A stretch of 54,614 nt of DNA from Sphingomonas sp. (GTDB lineage: Bacteria; Pseudomonadota; Alphaproteobacteria; Sphingomonadales; Sphingomonadaceae). The stretch spans positions 1 to 54,614 of the forward strand of contig JBJMVJ010000008.1 in NCBI GenBank assembly GCA_045810685.1, in the 5' to 3' direction. The translations under genes and the position numbers were made by a program. Shown piece after piece: positions 11,201 through 19,311 of the stretch (position 1 is the first letter of the stretch; the number at the start of each line of letters is the position of its first letter). The notes beneath the pieces were generated by a model. It searched no databases, had not been told where the DNA came from, and was given only the letters and a program-made list of their open reading frames with translations.

Positions 11201-11248
11201 CCCCCACCGCCGCCGCCCGCTCCGGCGCCGGCACCGGAACGCGGCTAG
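8204..11248 (+). CDS. TonB-dependent receptor, probably for glycans, with a Pro-rich C-terminal extension
   Basis: Signal peptide; TonB-box-like IVVTG; plug motif AEDIGKLPD...RIPGV; GNPFLRP...YDASLEYY; last strand GIRFRF followed by 45 extra residues. Confidence 0.93.
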   Translation: MRRSTQVLLSTTAIAAMFGAASPALAKAEPVPPPNPAATAQQNPAEPVQNADAPQSPAAAAAPADSSAIVVTGLRRSLQSARNIKRNSDQVIDAVVAEDIGKLPDITVSDTAARIPGVQVERNGGEASRVLLRGLDRTYYTTTYNGREIYTAETRSVALQDFPAGGIAAVEAFKTSTANLVEPGLAGLINVRSRRPFDFKGFEIAGSVWGNYTNQSRDLKPNAQLLLTDRWNAGAGEFGALINFSYTRLHYQDSVRRHGFFIADLAGFRSPDFPEIRYFEGDRWRPSVNGALQYRNGNLNLYAEGLWQGYRENVTDRLWQQPLWNCGQATYSNLVTENGQIISGTVNRPGCNGDWPQGFQGATKRHTDTYQFAVGGSYDAGPLRITADLARTDSTFKLRTESVDYKISSNNLTVNWFTGRPGGSGPTIEVVGLDFANPANYRYRGFFEDYLTAKGKDWQGRLDFEYTSGLAFLPKIQWGVRYVDRDATRRAGARYFNANNGGVFNIPISTVPLDYELFHPAFNGDSNAPTPRTWLAPTFNSVWNNLTALRQFNVALHVPCDGDPAIVNCDVNAPNADPRRNFSVNEKSPAAYAQLNYNFDAGGVNITGILGLRYVHTKDQVTGTQFAPGTPAVGTPISVTNKYTDWLPNANMNIRFSRDWQLRLAATKTRTRPLFEQLNPSLDLAAPVTCSPGQTNCIRTGNGGNPFLRPLRSTNYDASLEYYFSRTGFASAAVFLRDMNGFIVNRTFDYPNLDPNGATLEITGPVNTDKGKIKGFEAQVSTFFDWDFVPNWARAFGAQANVTYIDAKAEIPLFCPAFINPCVSTLPFDPNATVRNLPIPDVSKWTWNLVGMYERGPLSVRLSYNRRSSYPEGALDQRREGPDPRNPINYTLQGRGNPVSRLDLSTTYNFTDQFTLFFDWTNMLKKPFKSDIVRTNYGTKNGLPSSTEIFPMVVRFEESVISAGIRFRFGGEEHRAPAPVPVVAPPPPPPPVVEAPPPAPPPPPPAPAPAPERG
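11111..11245 (+). repeat. Low-complexity proline-codon tract encoding the receptor tail
   Basis: Runs of CCG/CCx codons: ...APPPPPPPVVEAPPPAPPPPPPAPAPAPERG. Confidence 0.85.
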
Positions 11249-11252
11249 GCAG

Positions 11253-12293
11253 TCACTTGTGCTCGGCTGAAGTCCGCTCGCGCAGGCTCGGACCGAGCAC
11301 CGGCTTGCCGTCCTTCCAGAACAAAGGCGCGATGTAGAGCTCGCGCTTGTCGCCGGCCTTGCGGCAGCTGCTGTCCGCTGCCCAGGCGTGGAAGCTGATC
11401 AGGGCGCGATCGCCGACGCTGAAGATGCTCTGGTGCCCTGGGCCGCTGAGGCAGCCTGCGTCGCGCTCGCGGAAGCTGTGCAGCAGCGGGTTCTCCGGCG
11501 CCGGGGTGCACGGGCCCAGTGGCCCGGCGCAGCCCGCATAGCCCATCGCGTAAGGCGAAAGCCCGCCTTCCTCCGGGTTCCAGCCGAAGAAGCCGCCTGA
11601 GAAGAACAGCTCATAGCCCGCCGGCAAACGGACCATCGTGGGCGCTTCGACGACCCGATCTTCCCACGCCTGATTGTCCTTGAGCAGCTCGACCGGCTCA
11701 CCCGTCACGGAGAGCCCATCGGGAGAGAGCGGCTGTCCCCATAATGACGTGCGCTGGTGCACGCGATTGCCGTCATTCTTGAAGTAGAGATAGAGCTTGC
11801 CGTCCCCGTCCTTGAACGCGTCCGGATCGATGCTGCCGCCAAGCCTGGTCTGGCAGACGATCGGCCCGGTCGACGAATCCACGAACGGGCCGAGCGGGTC
11901 GGAAGCGACCGCGACGCCGATGCACTGCACGTCGCGACGGCGGTCGCTGGCGGTGTAATAGAGCAGAAACTTGTCGCCGAGCTGGAGGACTTCGGGTGCC
12001 CAGGTGAAGCCTGTCTTGGCCCAGCTGCCAAGCGTCGGCAGCGCGTCGCGGCGCTTGCCCGTCGCCGGATCCCCGACGAAGTTCCAGTGGACGAGGTCAC
12101 GCGAGGTTGCGACCGGGACATTGGGCCCATCGTTGGTCGAATAAGCGATGAAGTCGGCGCCGTGCCGGAGCACGAACGGATCGGGGAAATTCTCGCGGAA
12201 GACGGGCACGAACGATGGCTCGGCGGCTGCAGCCGTCGCGCCGAGGGCCAGCGCCACCGGCAGGAACCAACGCAGTAGGCGCCTCACCATCAT
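11253..12293 (-). CDS. Secreted GH43 glycoside hydrolase
   Basis: Signal peptide; catalytic motifs FPDP, SIDP, VEAP plus WAPE and GPGH; start could be 12293, 12290 or 12302. Confidence 0.9.
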   Translation of the reverse strand: MMVRRLLRWFLPVALALGATAAAAEPSFVPVFRENFPDPFVLRHGADFIAYSTNDGPNVPVATSRDLVHWNFVGDPATGKRRDALPTLGSWAKTGFTWAPEVLQLGDKFLLYYTASDRRRDVQCIGVAVASDPLGPFVDSSTGPIVCQTRLGGSIDPDAFKDGDGKLYLYFKNDGNRVHQRTSLWGQPLSPDGLSVTGEPVELLKDNQAWEDRVVEAPTMVRLPAGYELFFSGGFFGWNPEEGGLSPYAMGYAGCAGPLGPCTPAPENPLLHSFRERDAGCLSGPGHQSIFSVGDRALISFHAWAADSSCRKAGDKRELYIAPLFWKDGKPVLGPSLRERTSAEHK

Positions 12294-12304
12294 CGTCCCC
12301 ACCT

Positions 12305-13702
12305 TCAGATCAGCTCGACATGATCGGCCTCGAAGCGCAGCCGCGCCGTGAGCAGCGCGCGGAACGCATTGTAGCCGCCGTCGCCCGGGTGAAACGCATG
12401 AAAGAACAGCTGCGGCTCATTGTCGAGGCCCGGCGCGACAGAGGCATGGCCGGGCGCGGTCCAGCTGCGCGTGGATTTGAGCAGCGGCCGCGCCTGCTTG
12501 CGGTAGGGGCCGAGCACATGATCGGCGACGGCGACACCGATGCCGTAGGCGGGCGTGCTGAAATCATTGCCGGCATAGAATAGCCAATAGCGCCCGTTCT
12601 GGAGCGTGCAGAATGGGCCTTCGATGAGGTGGCCCTCCCAATCCATGTCGTTTGTGAGGACGATCTTCGACTCGCCGACGAGCGAGCGGCCGTCCTCGGC
12701 AATTTGCTGCGCGCGTACCGGTGTGGTCATCGCCTCGAGGATCTCGTCGGCGAGCGCGTAATCGGCGAGCGCCCCTTTGACCCGCTGCCAATTGCCCAGC
12801 GCAGCCTCGATCATACCCGTCATCAGATAGAAGCGTTCCATCGGCCGGCGCCTGTTCGCCCAATCGACGATCGCGGCCGCAAACGCCGCGCTCTTGCGGT
12901 CCTCGTCGCGATCGAACAACCGATCGATGAGCTCCGGTCGGTCGCGCAGCAGGCTTGCGAGCGGCCGCGGCCAGATGCCGTTGCTGTCGTCCTTCCAGAA
13001 GAGGTACCGGGTGCCGTCCGTGTCGGTGAAGATGTGGCTGTCGATCACCCCGCCGCTGAGCGCGCCGTGGGGTACGCCGGTGGTGTTGACCTCCTTGCCG
13101 GTGACCAGCGGCGCGCCATTGTCGATGAACGGGCCGAGCGGACTGGCCGAGCGGGCGAGGCCAATGGCCAGCGCGTTGGACTTTTGCCGGGCGGTGTAGA
13201 CAACCCAATATTCATCGCCGGCCTTTGCCATTTCGGGCGCCCAGAAATCGGCAACGCGACGACCCGTGGCGGTCCACTCCGGCTGCTGGCCCTCGGGGAA
13301 GACGAACGCCTCGTGCTGCCAGTGGATGAGGTCGTTGGAATGGAGGATCGGAAACGCGTCGGGCGCGTCGTTGGACGTCGCCAACAGATAATAGCCGCTC
13401 TCGGTCTTGAGGACGGCCGGGTCGCCGTAGCCGGCAAGGATCGTCGGCGAGACATTCTCGGTGAGCAGCGGCTGCCAATGCTGCGGCGTATCGGGGAAGC
13501 CCTCGGCTTCAGCGAAGAAGTGCGGCAGGCGCGTCCCGAAGTCGCGGTGAAGATCGCGGAAGAAGTGGAAATAATGCTGCGATTCCATACCCGGGATCAA
13601 ATAGGATCTGGAACGCCCGTCGGACGCGGTCACGTCCATGCGGACGCCCTCGCCCTCGTGCTCGGCGGTGACGGCAAAGGTCGGCGACTCGGTCGTAATC
13701 AT
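12305..13702 (-). CDS. GH43 glycoside hydrolase without signal peptide, with N-terminal extension and internal insertion
   Basis: YGDP, WAPE, VIDS, IEGP and APGH motifs; ATG 13702 preferred over the ORF-track start at 13759. Confidence 0.85.
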   Translation of the reverse strand: MITTESPTFAVTAEHEGEGVRMDVTASDGRSRSYLIPGMESQHYFHFFRDLHRDFGTRLPHFFAEAEGFPDTPQHWQPLLTENVSPTILAGYGDPAVLKTESGYYLLATSNDAPDAFPILHSNDLIHWQHEAFVFPEGQQPEWTATGRRVADFWAPEMAKAGDEYWVVYTARQKSNALAIGLARSASPLGPFIDNGAPLVTGKEVNTTGVPHGALSGGVIDSHIFTDTDGTRYLFWKDDSNGIWPRPLASLLRDRPELIDRLFDRDEDRKSAAFAAAIVDWANRRRPMERFYLMTGMIEAALGNWQRVKGALADYALADEILEAMTTPVRAQQIAEDGRSLVGESKIVLTNDMDWEGHLIEGPFCTLQNGRYWLFYAGNDFSTPAYGIGVAVADHVLGPYRKQARPLLKSTRSWTAPGHASVAPGLDNEPQLFFHAFHPGDGGYNAFRALLTARLRFEADHVELI

Positions 13703-13776
13703 GGGGCGGCTCGATAGGAGCACGACGCTCGCACGGAAAGCCTTGTGAAGCCTTTGCAATCACTTATGGGGAAAGC

Positions 13777-14820
13777 GTGACGCGGAGACCCTGGCTTTTT
13801 GCAGTGTTGGTGGCACTCGCGGCGGCGACCCCCGTCCACGCGGCGCAGACCTACGTCAATCCGGTCATCGATGCCGACTTTCCCGATCCGACGGTGATCC
13901 GCGCGCCGGACGGCTTTTATTATGGCTATGCGACCCAGAGCCAGCGCGACGGCCGCTGGCTCAACATCCAGGTCGCGCGCTCGAGCGACCTCGTCCACTG
14001 GAAAGAGCTCGGCGATGCGTTGCCGGCCAAGCCGGCCTGGGCGACAACAACCCAGGACTTCTGGGCGCCGCACGTGCTGCGCGACGGCGCACGCTACGTC
14101 ATGTTCTTCTCGGCCAAGCCGGACACGTCGGACGAGCGGCACGGGCTGTGCCTTGGCGTGGCAACGGCGCGATCGCCGGCCGGGCCGTTCACCGACGTGG
14201 GCCATCCGCTCAAATGCGGCGAGGGATTCGTCAACATCGACCCGATGGCGCTGACCGACCCGGCGACCGGCAGGCTTTTGCTCTACTGGGGCTCGGGCTT
14301 CGCTCCGATCAGGGTCCAGGAGCTGAGCCGCGACGGATTGTCTTTCGCCCGGGGCAGCAGCCCCAAGGAGCTGGTCTCGCCCGCGCCCGGCCGGAAGGCC
14401 TTCCCGGTCCTGATCGAAGGCTCGTGGGTCGTCCGCCATGGCGGATATTATTACCTCTTCTATTCGGGCGACAATTGCTGCGGCGCGAAGGCGAATTATG
14501 CGGTGATGGTCGCGCGCTCGCGGAGCGCGACGGGGCCGTTCGAAACGCTCGAACAGGCGACCGGGAAGCCGCATAGCATCATCCTCGAAAAGCGCGGCAA
14601 GTGGATCGCGCCGGGTCACAACAGCGTCGTGACCGACGCCGCGGGGCACGATTGGATCGTCTATCACGCAGTCGACGTGAACCGCCCGCGCGAAAAGCCG
14701 ACCGACGAGGTCAACACGCGCCGGGTGATGCTGATCGACCGGATCCGCTGGCAGAACGGCTGGCCGGTGATCGACGGGCCGAGCGAGACAGCGCAGCCTG
14801 CGCCTTCGCGCCGCCGCTGA
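13777..14820 (+). CDS. Secreted GH43 glycoside hydrolase (arabinanase/arabinofuranosidase-like)
   Basis: Signal peptide ending VHA; FPDP, WAP, NIDP, IEG and APGHNS motifs. Confidence 0.92.
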   Translation: MTRRPWLFAVLVALAAATPVHAAQTYVNPVIDADFPDPTVIRAPDGFYYGYATQSQRDGRWLNIQVARSSDLVHWKELGDALPAKPAWATTTQDFWAPHVLRDGARYVMFFSAKPDTSDERHGLCLGVATARSPAGPFTDVGHPLKCGEGFVNIDPMALTDPATGRLLLYWGSGFAPIRVQELSRDGLSFARGSSPKELVSPAPGRKAFPVLIEGSWVVRHGGYYYLFYSGDNCCGAKANYAVMVARSRSATGPFETLEQATGKPHSIILEKRGKWIAPGHNSVVTDAAGHDWIVYHAVDVNRPREKPTDEVNTRRVMLIDRIRWQNGWPVIDGPSETAQPAPSRRR

Positions 14821-14824
14821 CCGC

Positions 14825-16186
14825 GTGCCGCAATATCGGCCCGACCCCAAGATCCTGACCCTCGGCGCCGACTTCTACGATCCGGTCGAGGCGGCAGTCT
14901 TCCCGCAATGCGTTGCGCGGTTCGTTAATCAGCGTTGGGCCGAGCGGATCGGACTTGATCTCGATGCAGCCGGCTGGGCGCGGCACTTCTGCCGGTTCGA
15001 GCCGCTGCCGGACAACCTCACGCAGCCGCTGGCGCTGCGCTACCACGGGCATCAGTTCCGCGTGTACAATCCCGAGATCGGCGACGGGCGCGGGTTCAGC
15101 TTCGCCCAGCTGCGCGATGATCGAAACCGCCTGCTCGACCTCGGCACCAAGGGCTCGGGCCAGACGCCCTACAGCCGGCATGCGGACGGACGGCTGACGC
15201 TCAAGGGCGGCGTGCGCGAAGTGCTGGCGACCGAAATGCTCGAGGCGCTGGGCGTCAACACGTCGAAAAGCTTCGCGTTGTTCGAGACGGGCGAGGCGCT
15301 GGAGCGCGGCGACGAGCCCTCGCCGACGCGTTCGGCGGTGCTGACGCGGCTCAGCCATGGCCACATCCGCATCGGCACCTTCCAGCGGCTCGCCTTTTTC
15401 GGCGACATCGACAACATCCGAAAGCTCGTCGGCTATTCGCTGGAGAATTTGTACGCCGAGCGCGGCGGCGGCGCGTTGCGCCTGTTCGATCTTGTCAGCG
15501 GTTCGACCGCGGAGCTCGCTGCATCCTATCTCGCCGCCGGCTTCGTCCACGGCGTCCTCAACAGCGACAACATCAACATCACGGGCGAGAGCTTCGACTA
15601 TGGGCCGTGGCGCTTCACGCCCGAGTGGGACACCGACTTCACCGCCGCTTATTTCGACCATTACGGCCTCTACGCCTTTGGCCGGCAGCCGGAGGCGATC
15701 CACTGGGACCTGGCGCAGCTCGCCGGCTCCCTGTCGCTGGTCACCGAAGCACCGCCGCTGTCGGATATCCTCACCGGCTGGAGCGGGCGGTTCGACCGGG
15801 CGCTGGTCGGCGCGATGCTTCGCCGGCTCGGAATTGCTCCGGGCGGTAACGACCGCGAGGTTGCGGGTGCCTTGATCCGCGCCCTCGCCACTAGGGCGAA
15901 GCCGATCGACCGCATCTTCTTCGACTGGCGCGGCGGCCGCGATCCCGGGCCGGGTTCCTACACCGGCGACGCCTTCCGCGAGCTCGCGCAGCGGCTGCGG
16001 GGCCGTGAAGTCACACCGACCCACGCCTATTGGTCCGACGAGGCGCCTTGCTCGATGCACATCGACGAGGTCGAGGCGATCTGGTCGGCGATTGCCGAAA
16101 CGGACGACTGGCAGCCGTTCGAGGACAAGGTTAGAGCTGTCCGGCGGATGGGCGAAGCAATGGAACAGGATGCAACGGCAAGCTAA
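14825..16186 (+). CDS. ydiU: Protein adenylyltransferase SelO (YdiU/UPF0061)
   Basis: YHGHQF, GDGRG, KGSGQTPYSR-x-DGR, HGVLNSDN and DYGP motifs. Confidence 0.92.
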   Translation: MPQYRPDPKILTLGADFYDPVEAAVFPQCVARFVNQRWAERIGLDLDAAGWARHFCRFEPLPDNLTQPLALRYHGHQFRVYNPEIGDGRGFSFAQLRDDRNRLLDLGTKGSGQTPYSRHADGRLTLKGGVREVLATEMLEALGVNTSKSFALFETGEALERGDEPSPTRSAVLTRLSHGHIRIGTFQRLAFFGDIDNIRKLVGYSLENLYAERGGGALRLFDLVSGSTAELAASYLAAGFVHGVLNSDNINITGESFDYGPWRFTPEWDTDFTAAYFDHYGLYAFGRQPEAIHWDLAQLAGSLSLVTEAPPLSDILTGWSGRFDRALVGAMLRRLGIAPGGNDREVAGALIRALATRAKPIDRIFFDWRGGRDPGPGSYTGDAFRELAQRLRGREVTPTHAYWSDEAPCSMHIDEVEAIWSAIAETDDWQPFEDKVRAVRRMGEAMEQDATAS

Positions 16187-17645
16187 GCACCGGTCGGACG
16201 AGGTTGGACAGGCGGGCGCCGGCGCGAAGCTGGTCTCGACCGATCCCGCGACCGGCAAGACGCTGTGGACGGGCGGGATTGGCGATGCCGCCGCCGAGGT
16301 CGCGGCCGCGCGCGCTGCGTGGCCGGAGTGGGCCGCGCATTCGATCGCATTCCGCATCGAGGCGGTGCGCCGCTTCGCCAATGTCGTGCGCAAGAAGGAG
16401 AGCAAGTTCGCCGAGCTGATCGCCCACGAGACGGGCAAGCCGCTGTGGGAAGCGCGCACCGAGGTCAGTGCCGTGGTCAACAAGGTCGAGATTTCGGTCG
16501 ACGCTTATGCGGAGCGGACTCCGCAGCGCAAGCTCGAGGCCGCGCTCGGCAACCGAGTTGCGGTGCGGCACAAGCCGCACGGCGTGCTTGCGGTGCTCGG
16601 CCCCTATAATTTTCCCGCGCACTTGCCCAATGGGCACATCGTTCCCGCGCTGATCGCCGGCAACGCGGTGGTGTTCAAGCCATCGGAAAAGACCCCGGCA
16701 ACCGGCGAATTCCTCGTCCGGTGCTTCCACGAAGCGAAAATCCCGGAAGGCGTGGTGCGGCTGCTGGTCGGGGGCCCGGAACAGGGCCGTGCGCTGGCTG
16801 CACAGCCCGGCATCGACGGCCTTCTGTTCACCGGCTCGGCGCGCGCCGGAATGGCGCTCCACCAGCAATTCGCGGAGACTCCGCAAAAGATCCTGGCGCT
16901 CGAGCTCGGCGGCAACAACCCGCTGGTGGTGTGGGGATCCAAGCACATCGACTCCGCCGCGATGATCGTCGTCCAGTCTGCCTATCTGTCGGCGGGGCAG
17001 CGCTGCACCGCGGCGCGGCGGCTGATCGTCGAGGAGGGCAATGAAGGGCCGCTGCTTGACGCCGTCCAAGAGCTGATTGACCGGCTGATCGTCGATCACC
17101 CCTTCGCCGACCCTCAGCCGTTCCTTGGGCCGCTGATCGACAATGCCGCCGCAGACCACGTTCAGGAGCAATGGCTTGGCCTGATGATGAAGGGCGGAAA
17201 GCCGCTCCGCCGCCTCGATCGGCCGCAGGCGGACCGGCCCTTTCTCACCCCTGCGCTGATCGACGTCACCGCGGTTCGGGACCGGCCGGACGAGGAGATT
17301 TTCGGCCCGGTGCTGCAGCTGATCCGCGTCAAGGACTTCGACGCCGCGATCAGCGAAGCGAACAACACCCGCTACGGCCTCGCGGCGAGCCTCGTTGGCG
17401 GAAGCCCCGAGCTGTACGACAAATTCTGGGCCGGCGTGCGCGCCGGCGTCATCAATTGGAACAAGCCGACAAACGGCGCCCCGTCGACCGCGCCATTCGG
17501 CGGCGTCGGAATGAGCGGCAACCATCGCCCGAGCGCCTTCTACGCCGCCGATTATTGCGCTTATCCGGTGACCAGCAGCGAGGCCGACCGGGCGCGAGCG
17601 GCGATCGGCGAGGGCCTTCGCGACCCCAACATGCTCGAGGATTAA
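16170..17645 (+). CDS. astD: Succinylglutamate-semialdehyde dehydrogenase
   Basis: GPYNFPAHLPNGH, ALELGGNN, SAGQRCT and SGNHRPSAFYAADYCAYP are typical of AstD; start at ATG 16170 is uncertain. Confidence 0.88.
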   Translation: MQRQAKHRSDEVGQAGAGAKLVSTDPATGKTLWTGGIGDAAAEVAAARAAWPEWAAHSIAFRIEAVRRFANVVRKKESKFAELIAHETGKPLWEARTEVSAVVNKVEISVDAYAERTPQRKLEAALGNRVAVRHKPHGVLAVLGPYNFPAHLPNGHIVPALIAGNAVVFKPSEKTPATGEFLVRCFHEAKIPEGVVRLLVGGPEQGRALAAQPGIDGLLFTGSARAGMALHQQFAETPQKILALELGGNNPLVVWGSKHIDSAAMIVVQSAYLSAGQRCTAARRLIVEEGNEGPLLDAVQELIDRLIVDHPFADPQPFLGPLIDNAAADHVQEQWLGLMMKGGKPLRRLDRPQADRPFLTPALIDVTAVRDRPDEEIFGPVLQLIRVKDFDAAISEANNTRYGLAASLVGGSPELYDKFWAGVRAGVINWNKPTNGAPSTAPFGGVGMSGNHRPSAFYAADYCAYPVTSSEADRARAAIGEGLRDPNMLED

Positions 17646-17703
17646 CCCCTGCAGCCGACGGGGCCAATGCAACAACCTTGGATCGGTTTGGCGATCCGCT
17701 GCG

Positions 17704-19218
17704 TTGAGCGTCCTTGTGATAATCAGATCCAGCGTCGGCAAGGCGCTCATCCTTGCCCTGTGCAGCGTCGCCTTCTCATCCTGCTCTCAGGGAGGAAGCT
17801 CGTCGAGCGGAGGCGGTTCGGGCTCGCAGCAAGCGGGCACACCCCAGATCGACTGGAACGGCAACACCGAGCGGCAACTGCGCGAGGCGATCGCGCAGGC
17901 GCCGGCCAATGGACTCAAGCCCGAGCTGTTCCTGAAGGGCGGCGAGAAAGGCGCGGCGCTGACCGAGGCGGCGCTCAAATATGCGTCCGCGCTGGCAAAT
18001 GGCTATTCCGACCCGAGCAAGCTCCACGAAGTTTACACGATCGCGCGTTCCCGGATCGACCCGCGCCAAGGGCTCGCTGAGGCCATTCAGAAGGGCGACG
18101 TCAAAGGCTGGTTCGACACGCTTGTCCCGCAGACCGACGAATACCGCGCGCTGAGCCAGGCGCACCTCCATTATTTGCAGCTGGCCGCGAAGGGACAGCC
18201 GCAGCCGATCCCCGACGGCAAGCCGATCAAGGCCGGGAAGAGCGATCCTCGAATCGCGCTCGTCCGAGCGGCGCTAGTCGCAAGCGAGATCGTCGCGGCG
18301 CGGACGCCGCCAGCGCAAAAGGCGGGTGCCACGACCGCGGCTCACGCCGCGCCCGCAGCGCAATCCAACCGCTACTCGCCGGATCTCGTCGCCGCGGTGA
18401 AGCGCGTGCAGGCCGAGTGGGGCTTCAAACCCGATGGCGTGATCGGTGGCGATACGCTGAACGCGCTGAATGCCGGCCCAAGCTACCGCGCGCGCCAACT
18501 GGCGATCGCGATGGAGCGGCTGCGCTGGCTTCAGCGCAGCCCGCCGGCGACGCGGATCGACGTCAATACGGCCGCGTCTTTGCTCGATTATTGGCGCGGC
18601 GGCGAGCATGCCGACCATCGCGAAGTCGTCGAGGGCGAGCCGGACAAGCCGACGCCGCAGCTGCAAGGCCCGATCACCCGGCTCGTCGCGAAGCCGACCT
18701 GGAGGGTGCCCAAGGGCATCGGTGAGAAGGAACTCGCGACCAAGAGCCAGTCATGGCTGCAGGCCAACGGTTTCGTGCTGCAGGGCGATCAGTGGATCCA
18801 GCAATCCGGGCCCAAGAATTCGCTCGGACTGGTCAAGTTCGACATGCAGGACCCGGAGCAGATTTACCTCCACGACACCCCCGCCAAGGCGCTGTTCGGC
18901 CTGCCGGAACGCCATCGCAGCCACGGCTGCGTACACGTCCAGAACGCTGTCGAGTTCGCGACCTCGCTCGCCCAGGAGCAGGGCATCCTCGACCGCTTCC
19001 AGCAGGCGATGCAGAAGGACGACGAAAGTTTCGTCCCACTCAAGACGCCGATCCCGGTGCGCCTGCTCTACCAGACGGCCTTCTGGGACGGCTCCCGGAT
19101 CCAGTTCCGGCCCGACGTTTACGGCTGGGACGACAATGTCGCCAAGGCGCTCGGCCTCGAGCCAGGGCCGCCGCGCAAGATCCCGCAGCCCGAGAGCAGC
19201 GACGACGTCGGGCCGTAA
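17704..19218 (+). CDS. L,D-transpeptidase (YcbB/LdtD-like), probable lipoprotein with peptidoglycan-binding domain
   Basis: Lipobox-like FSSC; AVKRVQ...PDGVIG peptidoglycan-binding motif; IYLHDTP...SHGC catalytic motif. Confidence 0.88.
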   Translation: MSVLVIIRSSVGKALILALCSVAFSSCSQGGSSSSGGGSGSQQAGTPQIDWNGNTERQLREAIAQAPANGLKPELFLKGGEKGAALTEAALKYASALANGYSDPSKLHEVYTIARSRIDPRQGLAEAIQKGDVKGWFDTLVPQTDEYRALSQAHLHYLQLAAKGQPQPIPDGKPIKAGKSDPRIALVRAALVASEIVAARTPPAQKAGATTAAHAAPAAQSNRYSPDLVAAVKRVQAEWGFKPDGVIGGDTLNALNAGPSYRARQLAIAMERLRWLQRSPPATRIDVNTAASLLDYWRGGEHADHREVVEGEPDKPTPQLQGPITRLVAKPTWRVPKGIGEKELATKSQSWLQANGFVLQGDQWIQQSGPKNSLGLVKFDMQDPEQIYLHDTPAKALFGLPERHRSHGCVHVQNAVEFATSLAQEQGILDRFQQAMQKDDESFVPLKTPIPVRLLYQTAFWDGSRIQFRPDVYGWDDNVAKALGLEPGPPRKIPQPESSDDVGP

Positions 19219-19223
19219 CGGCA

Positions 19224-19254
19224 GGGGGCGCCGAACCCTCTGGCCGACGCCCCC
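19224..19254. terminator. GC-rich hairpin between the convergent transpeptidase and dnaB genes; possible terminator
   Basis: GGGGGCGCCG...CGACGCCCCC inverted repeat, pairing best on the minus strand with G-U pairs; no clear U-tract. Confidence 0.4.
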
Positions 19255-19311
19255 ATCCCCCTCCCCATGATCGCGCCGCCTGCGTTCGGGACAAAGCGGC
19301 GCGACCCGCCG

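Noticed and set aside
14711-17750. Long antisense ORFs (590 aa and 539 aa) and similar ones at 34432-35799 and 41721-42971
   Set aside because: They shadow well-supported genes on the opposite strand, have no motifs, and are expected in high-GC coding DNA
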